From: an uncultured delta proteobacterium
GTDB taxonomy: Bacteria > Desulfobacterota > Binatia > UBA9968
DNA length: 64,000 nt
Direction of reading: 5' to 3'
Assembly: GCA_963847445.1 (NCBI GenBank)
Contig: CAWJZV010000042.1
Span: 64,001-128,000, forward strand
The notes under the pieces were generated by a model. It ran no database searches. It saw nothing but the letters and a program-made list of their open reading frames with translations, and was not told the origin of the DNA. Positions 52,558 to 62,811 of this stretch are shown here, piece by piece. The first letter of the stretch is position 1. Each line of letters opens with the position of its first letter. Position numbers and translations under genes: made by a program.

Positions 52558-52630
52558 CGTCGGGTCACCGTTTGTTCACCGTTCCGGCATGCCGAATCTT
52601 TCATCGAACTACCCGGTCCGCCCGCATACC

Positions 52631-52732
52631 CATTTTAGATTTTAGATTATTGCATTGAAGCCAGCCGAATTGCATTACGACGTGTTCCGGTCATGTCCTA
52701 GTCCCTTCAATCCAAAATCTAAAATCTAAAAT
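52631..52732. repeat. Inverted heptamer arms (ATTTTAG)n ... (CTAAAAT)n
   Basis: attttagattttagatt ... aatccaaaatctaaaatctaaaat. Confidence 0.7.
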
Positions 52733-52736
52733 AGAT

Positions 52737-53826
52737 TTACTTCTCCTCAAACTCTTCGAGCGCATCGAAGCGCGGTTCGAGTCCCAAGCCCGGTGTCTCC
52801 GCCAAGCGTCACCCAGCCGTTTACCGGCGCCGGCGGTTCCTTGTAGATCTTGTCGCCGACGCCCCACATCTCGAAGTGAAACTCGACGCGCCAGCCGTTG
52901 GCCATGGCGGCTTGCAGGTGCATGTTGTGATGCGGCCAGCCGCCGCCGTTGGCGATGGGCAGGTTAAACGCTTGCGCCAGCGCGGCGACTTTCACCGCTT
53001 CGGTGTAGCCGCCGACCGAGCAGACATTGGGCTGGGCGATGTCGACGGCGCGGTTGGCGATCAATTCTCGATGGCGAAAGCGGTGGCCTTCGTTCTGGCC
53101 GGCGGCGATGGGAATGGAGGTGTGGCGGCGCAGATCGGCGAGCAGCAGGGCGTCGTTTTGATACACCGGCTCTTCGAACCAGGTGATGTTCAGGGGCTCG
53201 ACCATCTTGCACAGCTCCAAAGCGCGATTGTACGAGAATAAATAATTGGCATCGATCATGATCTCGACGTCGTCGCCGACGGCTTTGCACACGGCTCTGA
53301 CGCGCTCGGCGTCGACTTTGGGATTTTCCGGGTCGACGGCGACGACCATCTTCAAGCGCTTCTCGCCTTGGGCGACCAGCTGCTTGGCGACTTCGACCAA
53401 CTGCTCTTTCTGATATTGCTTCAGTCCGAAGGTGACGTAGGCTTGCACCGGGTTTTGCGCGCCGCCAAGCAAACGCCACACCGGTTCCTGGTAGTGTTTG
53501 CCTTTGATGTCCCACAGCGCGATGTCGATGGTGCTCACCGCCGAGCTCCACATGCCGGTTTGCACGCGGGCGTTGAACTGTTTCAACAGGTCATTCCAGA
53601 CGCGCTCGGTCTCCAGCGGGTTCTTGCCGCGCAAGAACGGCGCGACTTCGCGGTTGATGAATTCCTTCATGCCGAACCGCTGTCCACCGCGAGTCAGGCC
53701 GTAGCCGGTGACGCCCATGTCGGTCTCGACGGTGGTGAAGACGATCGGCGTGACAATTTTTTCCTTGAGCAGCGGCACCTCCACCGGCACGCGGTGAATG
53801 GATGCTTTTACATTCGTGATCTTCAA
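52737..53826 (-). CDS. Mandelate racemase/muconate lactonizing enzyme (enolase superfamily), frameshift near 3' end
   Basis: IDIALWDIKGK, PVWRLLGG, KRLKM, MIDAN, WFEEP; TTG start after GGAGG. Confidence 0.9.
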
Positions 53827-54036
53827 AGAGATACCTCCAGGATTCGGCTGACAGTTAGCCTGGAACGGAACGGAACTGCAAGTCAAAAAGGGTCGGATGA
53901 GGGGAGTCAGTAGTCAGAAGTCAGAGGTCGGTAGTCAAGAGTTCGGATGGATCAATACAATTTCACCTCGGCAGATTGTTCTTGACGTGGATGCGTAACG
54001 GCTTTATGGAGATTCGAAGAGAACGGAGGCGAGTTT

Positions 54037-54984
54037 ATGTGGCGACTGGCGTTAATTTCACTGATCGCTGTTGTCGGTAACTTCACTGGTGCGCAGGCCC
54101 AGCCGGTGCGCGGGGCGTTTCCATCGCCGAGCGTGCAGATCCTGCCGATGATGGTGGCGCAGGAGCGCGGCTTTTTTAAACGCGAAGGGTTGGATCTAGA
54201 GCTGATTTTTGTCCGTGGCGCGACGACGGCGGTGCAGGCGCTGATCGCCAATCAGATCCATTTTATTTTCTCCATCGGGCCGCAAATGCCGGCGGTGTGG
54301 GAGGGCAATGATATCATGCTGCTCGCCCAGCAGGTCGGCCGGCCGACGTTCTCGCTGGTGGTGACGCCGGATATTCAAAAGATCGCCGATCTCAAAGGCA
54401 AGAAGATCGGCGTGACCTTCGGCGGCTCGACGGCGGCGGGAACCAAGGCGTTGCTCGAACTCAACAAGATCAATCCCGACAAAGATGTCGAGTATATCGG
54501 CTTGCCGGGCAACGAGCCCAAGATCGCGGCGATGAAGCAGGGGATTATCTCGGCGGCGTTACTGGCGCCGCCGGCGGATTATTTGGCGATGAAATCGGGG
54601 CTCAAGCGGCTGGTGAGCTTGGCGGATATTTTCAAGGACACGGCGTTCACCGGTCTGGCGGCGAACCGAAAAACGATCATCGAAAATCCCCAGATGGTCA
54701 AGCGCATGGTCCGCGCCATCGTCCGCTCGGTGCTGCACACCCGCGATAATCCGGAAGACGCGCTGCAAGTCTTGACCAAACGCCTCGGCCTGGAGCGCGA
54801 CGCGGCACAGGATGCCTACCAGATGATCAAAGACGCGCTGGTGCCGGTGCCGACGGAAAAAGGCGTGGAGCTGATGGCGCAGTGGCAAGCGATCGCGTTG
54901 AACATCAAACCGAAGCGCAAGCCGGCGGAGTACATGGACCTGCGCTTCGTCAATGAAGTGATGGCGGAGCTGGGGCAGAAGTGA
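54037..54984 (+). CDS. NMT1/THI5-like substrate-binding protein
   Basis: Signal peptide; RGFFKREGLDLEL, DLKGKKIGV. Confidence 0.85.
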   Translation: MWRLALISLIAVVGNFTGAQAQPVRGAFPSPSVQILPMMVAQERGFFKREGLDLELIFVRGATTAVQALIANQIHFIFSIGPQMPAVWEGNDIMLLAQQVGRPTFSLVVTPDIQKIADLKGKKIGVTFGGSTAAGTKALLELNKINPDKDVEYIGLPGNEPKIAAMKQGIISAALLAPPADYLAMKSGLKRLVSLADIFKDTAFTGLAANRKTIIENPQMVKRMVRAIVRSVLHTRDNPEDALQVLTKRLGLERDAAQDAYQMIKDALVPVPTEKGVELMAQWQAIALNIKPKRKPAEYMDLRFVNEVMAELGQK

Positions 54985-54994
54985 CTGAGCGGAA

Positions 54995-55133
54995 ATTCGG
55001 AATATCTCCCGCAAAGGCGCCAAGGCGCAAAGGTGACGGGCCGCATCCGTCATACCGTTGGAAAACGGTATCCAGGTGGAGGAATGGGGATGGATTCCGG
55101 TTTTCACCGGGGTGACGATAAGGCCGGAATGAC
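54995..55133. repeat. CGCAAAG nonamer arm plus CGTC REP cluster
   Basis: cggaatatctcccgcaaaggcgccaaggcgcaaagg, then cgtcataccgttggaaaacggtatccagg ... ccggaatgac. Confidence 0.65.
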
Positions 55134-55217
55134 AAGAATGAGAGTCGAGTTTCATAAGACGAATTCAGAATCATTCGGCTTAGAGCCGAGGGTCGATCGC
55201 TGGTCAGCGATTGCGCG

Positions 55218-55246
55218 TTGACATTCCTTTTGCCGAGGCCTAGCCT
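55218..55246 (+). promoter_or_regulatory. sigma70 promoter giving a probable leaderless mRNA
   Basis: TTGACA-N17-TAGCCT; ATG 8 nt downstream with no SD. Confidence 0.45.
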
Positions 55247-55254
55247 TTGATCCT

Positions 55255-55914
55255 ATGAAGCTGACAAAGAACCTCGCATGGGTCTCGGTGATTGTTCTTC
55301 TCGCCGGCTGCGCCGCTTACAACACCGCGGGCCAAGTTCAGTCCGGCCGGCGCGCGCTCCTGGTGAACGATCCCGAACTCGCTCTGCCCTACTTTCTCCA
55401 AGCGGCACAGGCTGATCCCAACTTCGTCTACCAATCGGTTTATTTCCGCGAAGGTATCTGGACTTACGTCGGCCGTTCGCAATACGCAACCAAGCGCTAT
55501 GTCGAAGCGCGCCAGTCGCTGGAACGCGCACTTAAGGTCGATCCGAACGATCAACTGGCGCGGCTTTACTTCGGTCTTACGCTGGCGCGCAGCGGCGAAG
55601 CCGCGCGCGGTACCAAGGAGATACTGAGCGCCATGCGCGGGCTTCACGATTGGCTCGAATATATTAACCGGAGCCGGCCCTTCGAGGCTTATTGGGATCC
55701 GCTGCGGGAAATCCGCAAGGCCATCGAGATTCATGTGCCGGGCGGACCGGGCAACGACGCCGTTACTTCCGAGCAGCTCATCCCCGACGCCGAGTGGCTC
55801 GGCAACAAGATGGAAGATGAAATCGAGCGCGTGCGCCAGGACGAGCGACGCCTATACGAGCGCAACTTCGACCGGGGCCGGGGCTCGTCGGTGGGCGTCG
55901 GCATCGGCTTCTAA
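55255..55914 (+). CDS. TPR-containing lipoprotein
   Basis: Lipobox LLAG-C; TPR-like YVEARQSLERALKVDPND. Confidence 0.75.
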   Translation: MKLTKNLAWVSVIVLLAGCAAYNTAGQVQSGRRALLVNDPELALPYFLQAAQADPNFVYQSVYFREGIWTYVGRSQYATKRYVEARQSLERALKVDPNDQLARLYFGLTLARSGEAARGTKEILSAMRGLHDWLEYINRSRPFEAYWDPLREIRKAIEIHVPGGPGNDAVTSEQLIPDAEWLGNKMEDEIERVRQDERRLYERNFDRGRGSSVGVGIGF

Positions 55915-55957
55915 GTCAAATGGCTCGTTGGGTATTGGTGTGGATATTCGCCACCGG

Positions 55958-57114
55958 TCAACGTGCGGCGAGTTCGGCGCAGCGGTTGAATGGATTTGAC
56001 ATGCTGTTGGCAGTCCTTGGCGAGGTCAGCCGGGGTTTTGCCGAATGTGCCTTTGAGATAGGCGATAGTTTCACGGTAACAATCGAGTTGATCGCCGTCT
56101 TCGCCGAGGGCGGCGCAAAACGGCATGGCGTAACGGCCGTCCCATGTATTATCGATAAGCGCGTAGACCACGCCGCGGATACAGGCGCGCTTGGAGTCGC
56201 CGCCGGCGGCTTGGCATTTTTGCGCGGTGGGCTGGAGCTGGCCGAGGCGCACGTAGTTCGACAGGTCGCGTCCGGCCGACAGCGCACATTGAAAACGATA
56301 CTCGCCGCTCTTGTCGCATTCCTGGAAGATCTTTTCCGTCGTCAGTCCCATTTCACTCATGCGCGAGGTTTGCATGACGTAGCAGTCGCTGCGGTACTTG
56401 GCCGCGAGTTTGTTGCAGGGGTAGTGGTAATCCGTCGGGCTCAAGTCGCGCAGCTCTGGGGTGGCGTTGGAGACGTTCTCCATGAAGACCCCGCCATAGC
56501 AGGACGATTGGCTCCAGCCATTGGGTAGGGCGTCGCAGGCTTCCAGCGTGGAGACCAGCTGGTAGCGGTTAAAAAACAGCAGCGCATGGCCTAGACCATG
56601 CAGGCATTGAAAACGAAAGCGGTCGGCAAGCTTGGGATCGCAGGCGAGGGCGGCTTTTTGCTTGAGCTCGGCGGCGCTCGGATGCTTGTCGGTCTGGGTG
56701 TAAATATCTTCACCGCGCAGAAAGCGCTCCACCGAGCCGTGATAGCAACCGGAATGACAGGTCTGGTCGCAGGCACTGAAGGATTCGTGAATCGTGCCTT
56801 TGACGCGATAGGTCTCCCGGCCGATGGCGTGGACCACTGGATGGCAGTCGCGGCGCAGTTCGGCGTCGTCCTTTTCATAGCGCTGGATCAACTGGAGGGT
56901 TTCCAGCGTGGTGTGTTTCTTTAGCGCGTCGCGGAACAGTTTGTCGAGACATTCCGCACTATTGGGCAGGCTATTGCAGGCCTTGATCGCCGCCAGGGAC
57001 GGCAAGCCGCCATCGGTAGTGTGCACTCGATTGTTTGACTTCCTGGCCGTACAGCGCCGCGGCGCCGAGCAGGCAGGTAAATATTCCGATCAATAACGAT
57101 CTAAGCTTTTTCAT
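55958..57114 (-). CDS. Secreted Cys/His-rich hypothetical protein, frameshifts at both ends
   Basis: MKKLRSLL signal; CHPVVHAIG, CHSGCYHG, CLHGLGH, CYGGVFMEN; ~20 Cys. Confidence 0.7.
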
Positions 57115-57296
57115 CGACGAAGGTATCCTTGAGTCCGGTGGAGTGTAGCCCAGGCGTAAGTCGACTGCAATATTTTCAGCTACTTGGAGTGATGCTCCAG
57201 GCGTCACGCCAGACCAGGTTCGGAGTGTCGGAACCGACGGATTCATGATAATTTAGGGTTAAACTATTTTTGTTCTGCTACGTCTAAAGGTCTGAC

Positions 57297-58160
57297 ATGG
57301 AAAAACCAAAATTTACTTTGCGGTTGGCGCTCCTCATCGTCGTCGGATTGCTCGCCGGCTCGGCCTCCCAGGCCGGTGAAGCGACGATCAAGCCGGAAAA
57401 CCTGCCGATCTACAGTCCCAAATTCTATCCCTTCGAAAGAGGCGAGAAGGGAGTTTACCGCGCCACCTGGAATGGTCTGTTCTCGGTGGCGACGGCGGAA
57501 GTGACGACGACATCGAGCATGGTCGACGGTAAGAAGGTCTATCAAGTGCGTGTCGATGCCAAGACTTCCAAGGCCCTCGATCTGATTTGGAAGATGCGCG
57601 ACGTCATCAGCTCGACTTTCGACGCCAAGTCATTGGCGCCGAGCCATTACCTGTTTAACCAGCGGGAAAACTCGCGGATCATCGACACCGAAGCCAAACT
57701 CGACCTGACACACCAAACGTTGGGCGGTCAACCGCCAGCAGAACGGCAAGCGCACCAGGATCTACGAGTTCGACTCGCAGAACACCTTCGATCCGGTCAC
57801 CGCGGTCTATTTGGCGCGCAGTGTCGACTTCAAGGTCGGCGATAAGCTTTATTTCAAGGTCTTCGGCGGCCGCTATCAGTATTTGCTCGAATTGTTCGTC
57901 GAGAAAAAAGAACCGGTGGAGCTGCCGTCCGGCAAAACCGTCGAAGCCTTACAAGATCGTGCCGCGGGTGCAGAATCTTAAGAAGCGCGGCTACGCCAGC
58001 AGATTGACTGAAGCGGCGATCTGGATCTCGACGGATGAGCGGCGCTTACCGGTAAAGCTGAGCAGCAAGATCGCCTTCGGCAGCGTGCAGCTCGATCTGA
58101 TGGAAGACAAACGGCGGCATCCAAGCGACCGCGATCAAAAACGATCAGCCTGGGTCCTAA
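57297..58160 (+). CDS. DUF3108-like secreted protein, frameshifted
   Basis: Signal peptide; PFERGEKGVY...W, FDPVTAVYLAR, IWISTDERRLPVKL...FGSV. Confidence 0.65.
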
Positions 58161-58257
58161 GGATAGGCGTGAAAGTATGGCTACAAGTGGAGACGATGAC
58201 ATTTTCCGTTGCCAATAGCCCGTTGCCAGCAAAATTCCGCCGCTCGAGCATCGGGCG

Positions 58258-58930
58258 GTGCTGGCGATTGCTTTCTTGGCTGCGTTGGGACTCTCAGCAT
58301 GTTTCACCACCGCGTCGCCGCCCAGCCGGCGCGCGCCGCAGGACTATTCGCAAACACGGACGCAAAATTATGCCTCTCGTGGCTCGGATGGCAATGACTC
58401 CGAGCGTCTGCGCCGGGTCATGGTGCCTTTGATTCAGGCCATGGACCAGCCTTGCCGGCTCGATCAAACCAAGGTCGGCATCATCAATCAGAACGAGATC
58501 AACGCCGCCAACGCCGGCAACTGTCAGTTTTACGTCACCACAGGTTTGTTGCGGCGCGCCTCGGATGACCAGCTGCGCGGCGTTCTCGCCCATGAGCTGG
58601 CGCACCAAGATTTGGGCCATGTCGCCAAGGCGCAGGTTCTTGGCGCGACGATCAATGCCCTGAGCGCGGGTTTGCAGCAGTTATTTCCCATCGCCGGCGC
58701 CGTGGCGCCCGTCGCCGGCGAACTGGTGGCGCGCAGTTACGGGCGCAAAGAAGAATTCAGCGCCGACACGCATGGCTGTCGATATTCTGCGCCGCGCGGG
58801 CTATCCCAAAGAGGTTATGGTCGACTCCCTCGCCTGGATTCGCCGCATATCCGGCGACAAAGGAGGCGGCTTTCTCTCCACACATCCGGGGCTCGACGAC
58901 CGGATCGCGACGATTCAGCGGCTGCGTTAG
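58258..58930 (+). CDS. M48-family metallopeptidase lipoprotein, frameshift ~58775
   Basis: LSA-C lipobox, INAA, VLAHELAH, YGRKEEFSAD, FLSTHP. Confidence 0.82.
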
Positions 58931-58986
58931 CGCCAACAATACGAACCCTTCGGTGTAATTCGCTATATCCCCTTCGTTACATCCCA

Positions 58987-59011
58987 GTAGGGGCGGGTTT
59001 GAAACCCGCCC
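58987..59011. repeat. GTAG-type REP
   Basis: GTAGGGGCGGGTTTGAAACCCGCCC, matches the copy at 36397. Confidence 0.7.
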
Positions 59012-59097
59012 TCGTCCCTAAATTCCCTGAAAAGTCCATTCTTTGCAGTAAACATTTTCTCGAAGCATCCGTCTAAACCAGCAAGGAGGCGGAGACC

Positions 59098-59440
59098 ATG
59101 AAAAACACTATGAAATCGATATCGAGTTTGGCGCTAGTCGGCGACTTTGGCAGCGGGTTGCGCCGGGGGCGCGATCACCACGCGCGAAAAGGGTATCGGC
59201 ATTGGCGCCTTGGGTGGCGCGACTGCGGGCGGTTTGATCGGTACCGCCGTACGTAAACCGTTGGCAGGCGCAATGATCGGCGCGGTTCTCGGCGCCGGCG
59301 CCGGTGGCTTGATCGGCGACGGCCTGCAGGGCCGGGATATTCAGGGCAACGAGCAGGACCAGGCGATCCAGCGCAACGAGCAGGAAATCCTGCGCCAGCG
59401 CCGCGAGCTCGAAGAACTGCGACAGCGGCGCGAATATTAA
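59098..59440 (+). CDS. Glycine-zipper lipoprotein, frameshift in signal
   Basis: LAAG-C, GIGALGGATAGGLIG...GAMIGAVLGAGAGGLIG, coiled-coil tail. Confidence 0.75.
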
Positions 59441-59466
59441 TCGCGCAGACTGACTAGAATTGCAGA

Positions 59467-59496
59467 AACGGGGGGCTTCGGCTCCCCGTTCTATTT
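59467..59496 (+). terminator. Intrinsic terminator-like hairpin
   Basis: AACGGGGGGC-TTCG-GCTCCCCGTT followed by CTATTT. Confidence 0.55.
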
Positions 59497-59558
59497 CTTG
59501 GACATGTTGCATCATTAGCGACAAAGTCGGCGTAGGACGGAAAAAAGTGCTGCGGGCG

Positions 59559-60603
59559 ATGTTCGTGCTGCTACTGCTGCTTGTCTCCGTCGCACCGCAA
59601 GCTGGTCGCTCTCCGCACGCTCAGTCCCGGCGATCATACGGCGACGCTGCAATTCGCCGGGCGCGAGCGTAGCGCCATCGTTCATGTACCGCGGCGGGCG
59701 GCGGAGCGGCAGCTGTTGCCCGTTGTTCTCAACTTTCACGGTGGCGGCGGCCATGGCGCCAACCAACAAGAATACTCGCTGCTTGACGCGGTGGCGGAGA
59801 GCGAAAATTTTATCACGGTCTATCCCAACGGCACCGGCCGATTGCCCGGGCGGTTGCTGACGTGGAATGGCGGCACTTGCTGCGCTTACTCGATGCTTAA
59901 CAAAATCGACGACGTCGGTTTTGTCCGGGCGCTGATCCACGAGCTCGCCGAGAAGTTTCCCGTCGATCGGCGCCGAGTCTACGCCACCGGCATGTCCAAC
60001 GGCGGCATGATGGCCCATCGTCTGGCGGCGGAAGCGAGCGATGTCATCGCCGCGGTAGCGCCGGTGGCGGGCGGCTTGGTGCTGCCGGCGATCAAATCCG
60101 ACCGCGCCGTGCCGGTGATGCATATCCACAGCGTCGACGATCCGCGCGCGCTTTATACCGGCGGCCTCGGTCCGCCGTTCCCGATGACCAAGAGCCAGGT
60201 CTTTCATCCCAACGTCGACGAGATGATCAAGCGCTGGGTCGAGCATAACCGTTGCGCTGCCGAACCGACGGTCGTTGACCGGCGCGTCGATCGCAGCGCG
60301 CGCGGCCATCGCGCAACCAAATACGTTTTTGCCAACTGCCGCGACGGCGCGGAAGTCGCGCTCTGGAAGCTCACCGGCGCGGGCCATGTGTGGCCCGGCG
60401 GCAAGCAGAAAGTTCTCGAGCGCATCCTCGGTCCATCGACGGATATCATCGATGCCAACCGGGAGATGTGGGAGTTTTTTAAGCGCTTTGCGCTGTATAA
60501 AAATCGCTCAAGGTTCCAATCGTTCAAGCCGTTCAAAACGTTCAAATCGTTCTTCGGATTCGCGAGCGTTCGACGTGCGGCTTCTCTTGCCGCAGCGTCA
60601 TAA
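59559..60603 (+). CDS. PHB-depolymerase-like/LpqC esterase
   Basis: FHGGGG, VYPNG, WNGG.CC, DDVGFV, ATGMSNGG, GAGHVWPG; signal peptide frameshifted. Confidence 0.85.
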
Positions 60604-60625
60604 CTCGAATTACATGTCGACAGTG

Positions 60626-61486
60626 ATGAAAATTCTTATCACCGGCGCGGCGGGGTTGGTCGGCAGTCATTTGGCGCGGCGTTTGGCGCGCGAGCATGAG
60701 GTGCTGGCGCTCACGCATGGCGATCTCGATATTACCGATCGCGCTGCAGTGCAGCGTTGCGTCGCGCGATGCGAAACCGGCGTTGATCTTCAATTGCGCG
60801 GTGCTGCAAGTCGACGAGTCGGAACAGCAGCCGGCGCAAAGCTCAAGCCGTCAATGTCGACGGGCCGCGTTACTTAGCCGAGGCGGCGAATGACATTGGC
60901 GCTGAGATCGTTCACTTCAGCACGCAGTACGCGTTCGACGGCGAGCCGGTGGGGCGCTTGCCTTACACTATTCACGACGAGCCACGACCGGTTAACAATT
61001 ACGGCCGGACAAAAGTTGCCGGCGAGGCGGCGGTGCTCGCTGCGTGCGCGCGCAGTTTCATCGTGCGCACTTCTTGGGTCTACGGCAGCGGCAAGAAGAG
61101 TTTTCTCTGCACGGTTGCACAACGATCTCAAGGCCGGCAAGACAGTGCGCGCCATCGATGATATCTGGTCGAGCACGACCTATGTTGCGGATCTGATCGA
61201 GCGGGTGCTGGTCATTCGCTGCGACCGGCAAGTACGGCACCTATCACGTCGTCAACGACGGCGTCTGCACGTATTACGAATTCGCCCTCGAAGCCGGGCC
61301 GCGTGCTCGGGCTGACGCGCGAGCAAATCGATCTCACTCATCGAAATCACCCATGAGCGCGACATGAAACGAGTCGCTGCGCGGCCGCGCTACACGCCGC
61401 TGCGCTGCTTGCTTTCGGAACAACTCGGTTTGCCGCCGATGCGCGATTGGCGCGCGGCGTTGGCGGAGTACGTCAGGAGTGGATGA
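60626..61486 (+). CDS. rfbD: dTDP-4-dehydrorhamnose reductase-like SDR, several frameshifts
   Basis: ILITGAAGLVG, DLDITD, VHFST.Y.FDG, PVNNYGRTKVAGE, IVRTSWVYG, AARPRY, MRDWRAAL. Confidence 0.75.
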
Positions 61487-61487
61487 G

Positions 61488-61604
61488 TTGGAGTAATGGA
61501 GTATTGGAGTGATGGAGTACTGGGCGAACGGAATTCGGAGTTCGAACTTCGTCCGAAGTCCGGCTTACTCCGACACCCATTACTCCATCACTCCAGTACT
61601 CCAA
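61488..61604. repeat. Inverted octamer arms (TGGAGTAN)n ... (TACTCCA)n
   Basis: ttggagtaatggagtattggagtgatggagtactggg ... cccattactccatcactccagtactccaa. Confidence 0.75.
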
Positions 61605-61683
61605 TTCGTCTCTCCCGGCATTGACAGCCGGCTTCGCACCGGACTAGAAGAACTAAGTCTGAACTCGCGAAGGAGGCTATTCC

Positions 61684-62729
61684 ATGTCGAACTTTCCGGT
61701 CATCGATACCGACGGTCATGTGCTCGAACGGCAATCGGATATTCGCAAGTATCTCGAAGAGCCCTGGGCAAAGCGGCCTACTGGTTTGTGGCCGGGCGAT
61801 CAGCCCTGGGACAACGACATGATGGACGGCTTCGAGATGGCGCGCACATGGAAGGGTTTGAGCGCGGCGCAGCAGGTCGACAACTGGCACAAGATCATGG
61901 ACGAGTACGACATCGAGAAGGCGGTCTGCTTTCCCACCGGCTCCGGCAACATCGCCAAGAACCAGGAAGTGCCCTATCAAATCGCCGTGACGCGCGCCGC
62001 CAACACGCAGTTCGCCAAAGAGTACAACGCGCGCTCCGACCGGCTGTTTTGCGTCGGCTGCTTGCCGATGCGCTCGCCGAAAGCGGCGGCCGAGGAGTTG
62101 CGCCGCGCGGTGACTGAGCTGGGCCTCAAAGGCTTCGAGATATTGCCGACGGGTTTGCCGCTGGCGCTGGGCGATCCGTTCTACGATCCGATCTATGAAG
62201 AAGCCGAGAAACTCAACGTCGTTCTCGGCATCCACGGCACGCGCAACACCTCGCGCGAGCTGGGAACTTCCGGGTTGTCGACCTTCGCCGAGGTTCATTC
62301 CTATGCCTTTCCCGTCGGTATCCTGCTGCAGTTCACCAGCATCGTCTGCCAGGGTTTGCCGGTGCGCTTTCCCGAAGCTAAAATTAGCGTTCCTGGAAAT
62401 CGGCGCCACCTGGCTGCCCTATTATCTTGGACCGGCTCGACGAGCATTGGGAAAAACGCGCCGAAATTGAAATGCCGCTGCTCAAAAAAAAGCCCAGCGA
62501 AATGGTGCGCGAGTCGAAGCTGTATTTCAGCGTCGAGCCGGGCGAGTCGCAATTGACTCACACCGTCGACTACGTCGGCGCCGAGCATTTTCTCTACGCC
62601 TCGGACATTCCCCACTGGGACAACGAGTTTCCGCACAACCTGCTCGATTTGCAGAATCATAAGCAGCTGTCGAACGAGACCAAGGAAAAGATTTTGTATA
62701 AGAACGCCAAGGAATTGTTTTCGTTGTGA
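61684..62729 (+). CDS. Amidohydrolase_2 family protein, frameshifts ~62375-62430
   Basis: IDTDGHV, YDPIYEEAE, LGIHG, YASDIPHWD. Confidence 0.85.
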
Positions 62730-62811
62730 GCGCGCTTGCGCCAAGTTTTCGGAATCACCGCGGAGGCGCCGAAGACGCAGAGGTGGAAATAGAACCTTAA
62801 TTCGATGACCG

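Noticed and set aside
57115-57260. Structured leader or riboswitch upstream of the Cys-rich gene
   Set aside because: Only short hairpins; no riboswitch consensus that I can recognise
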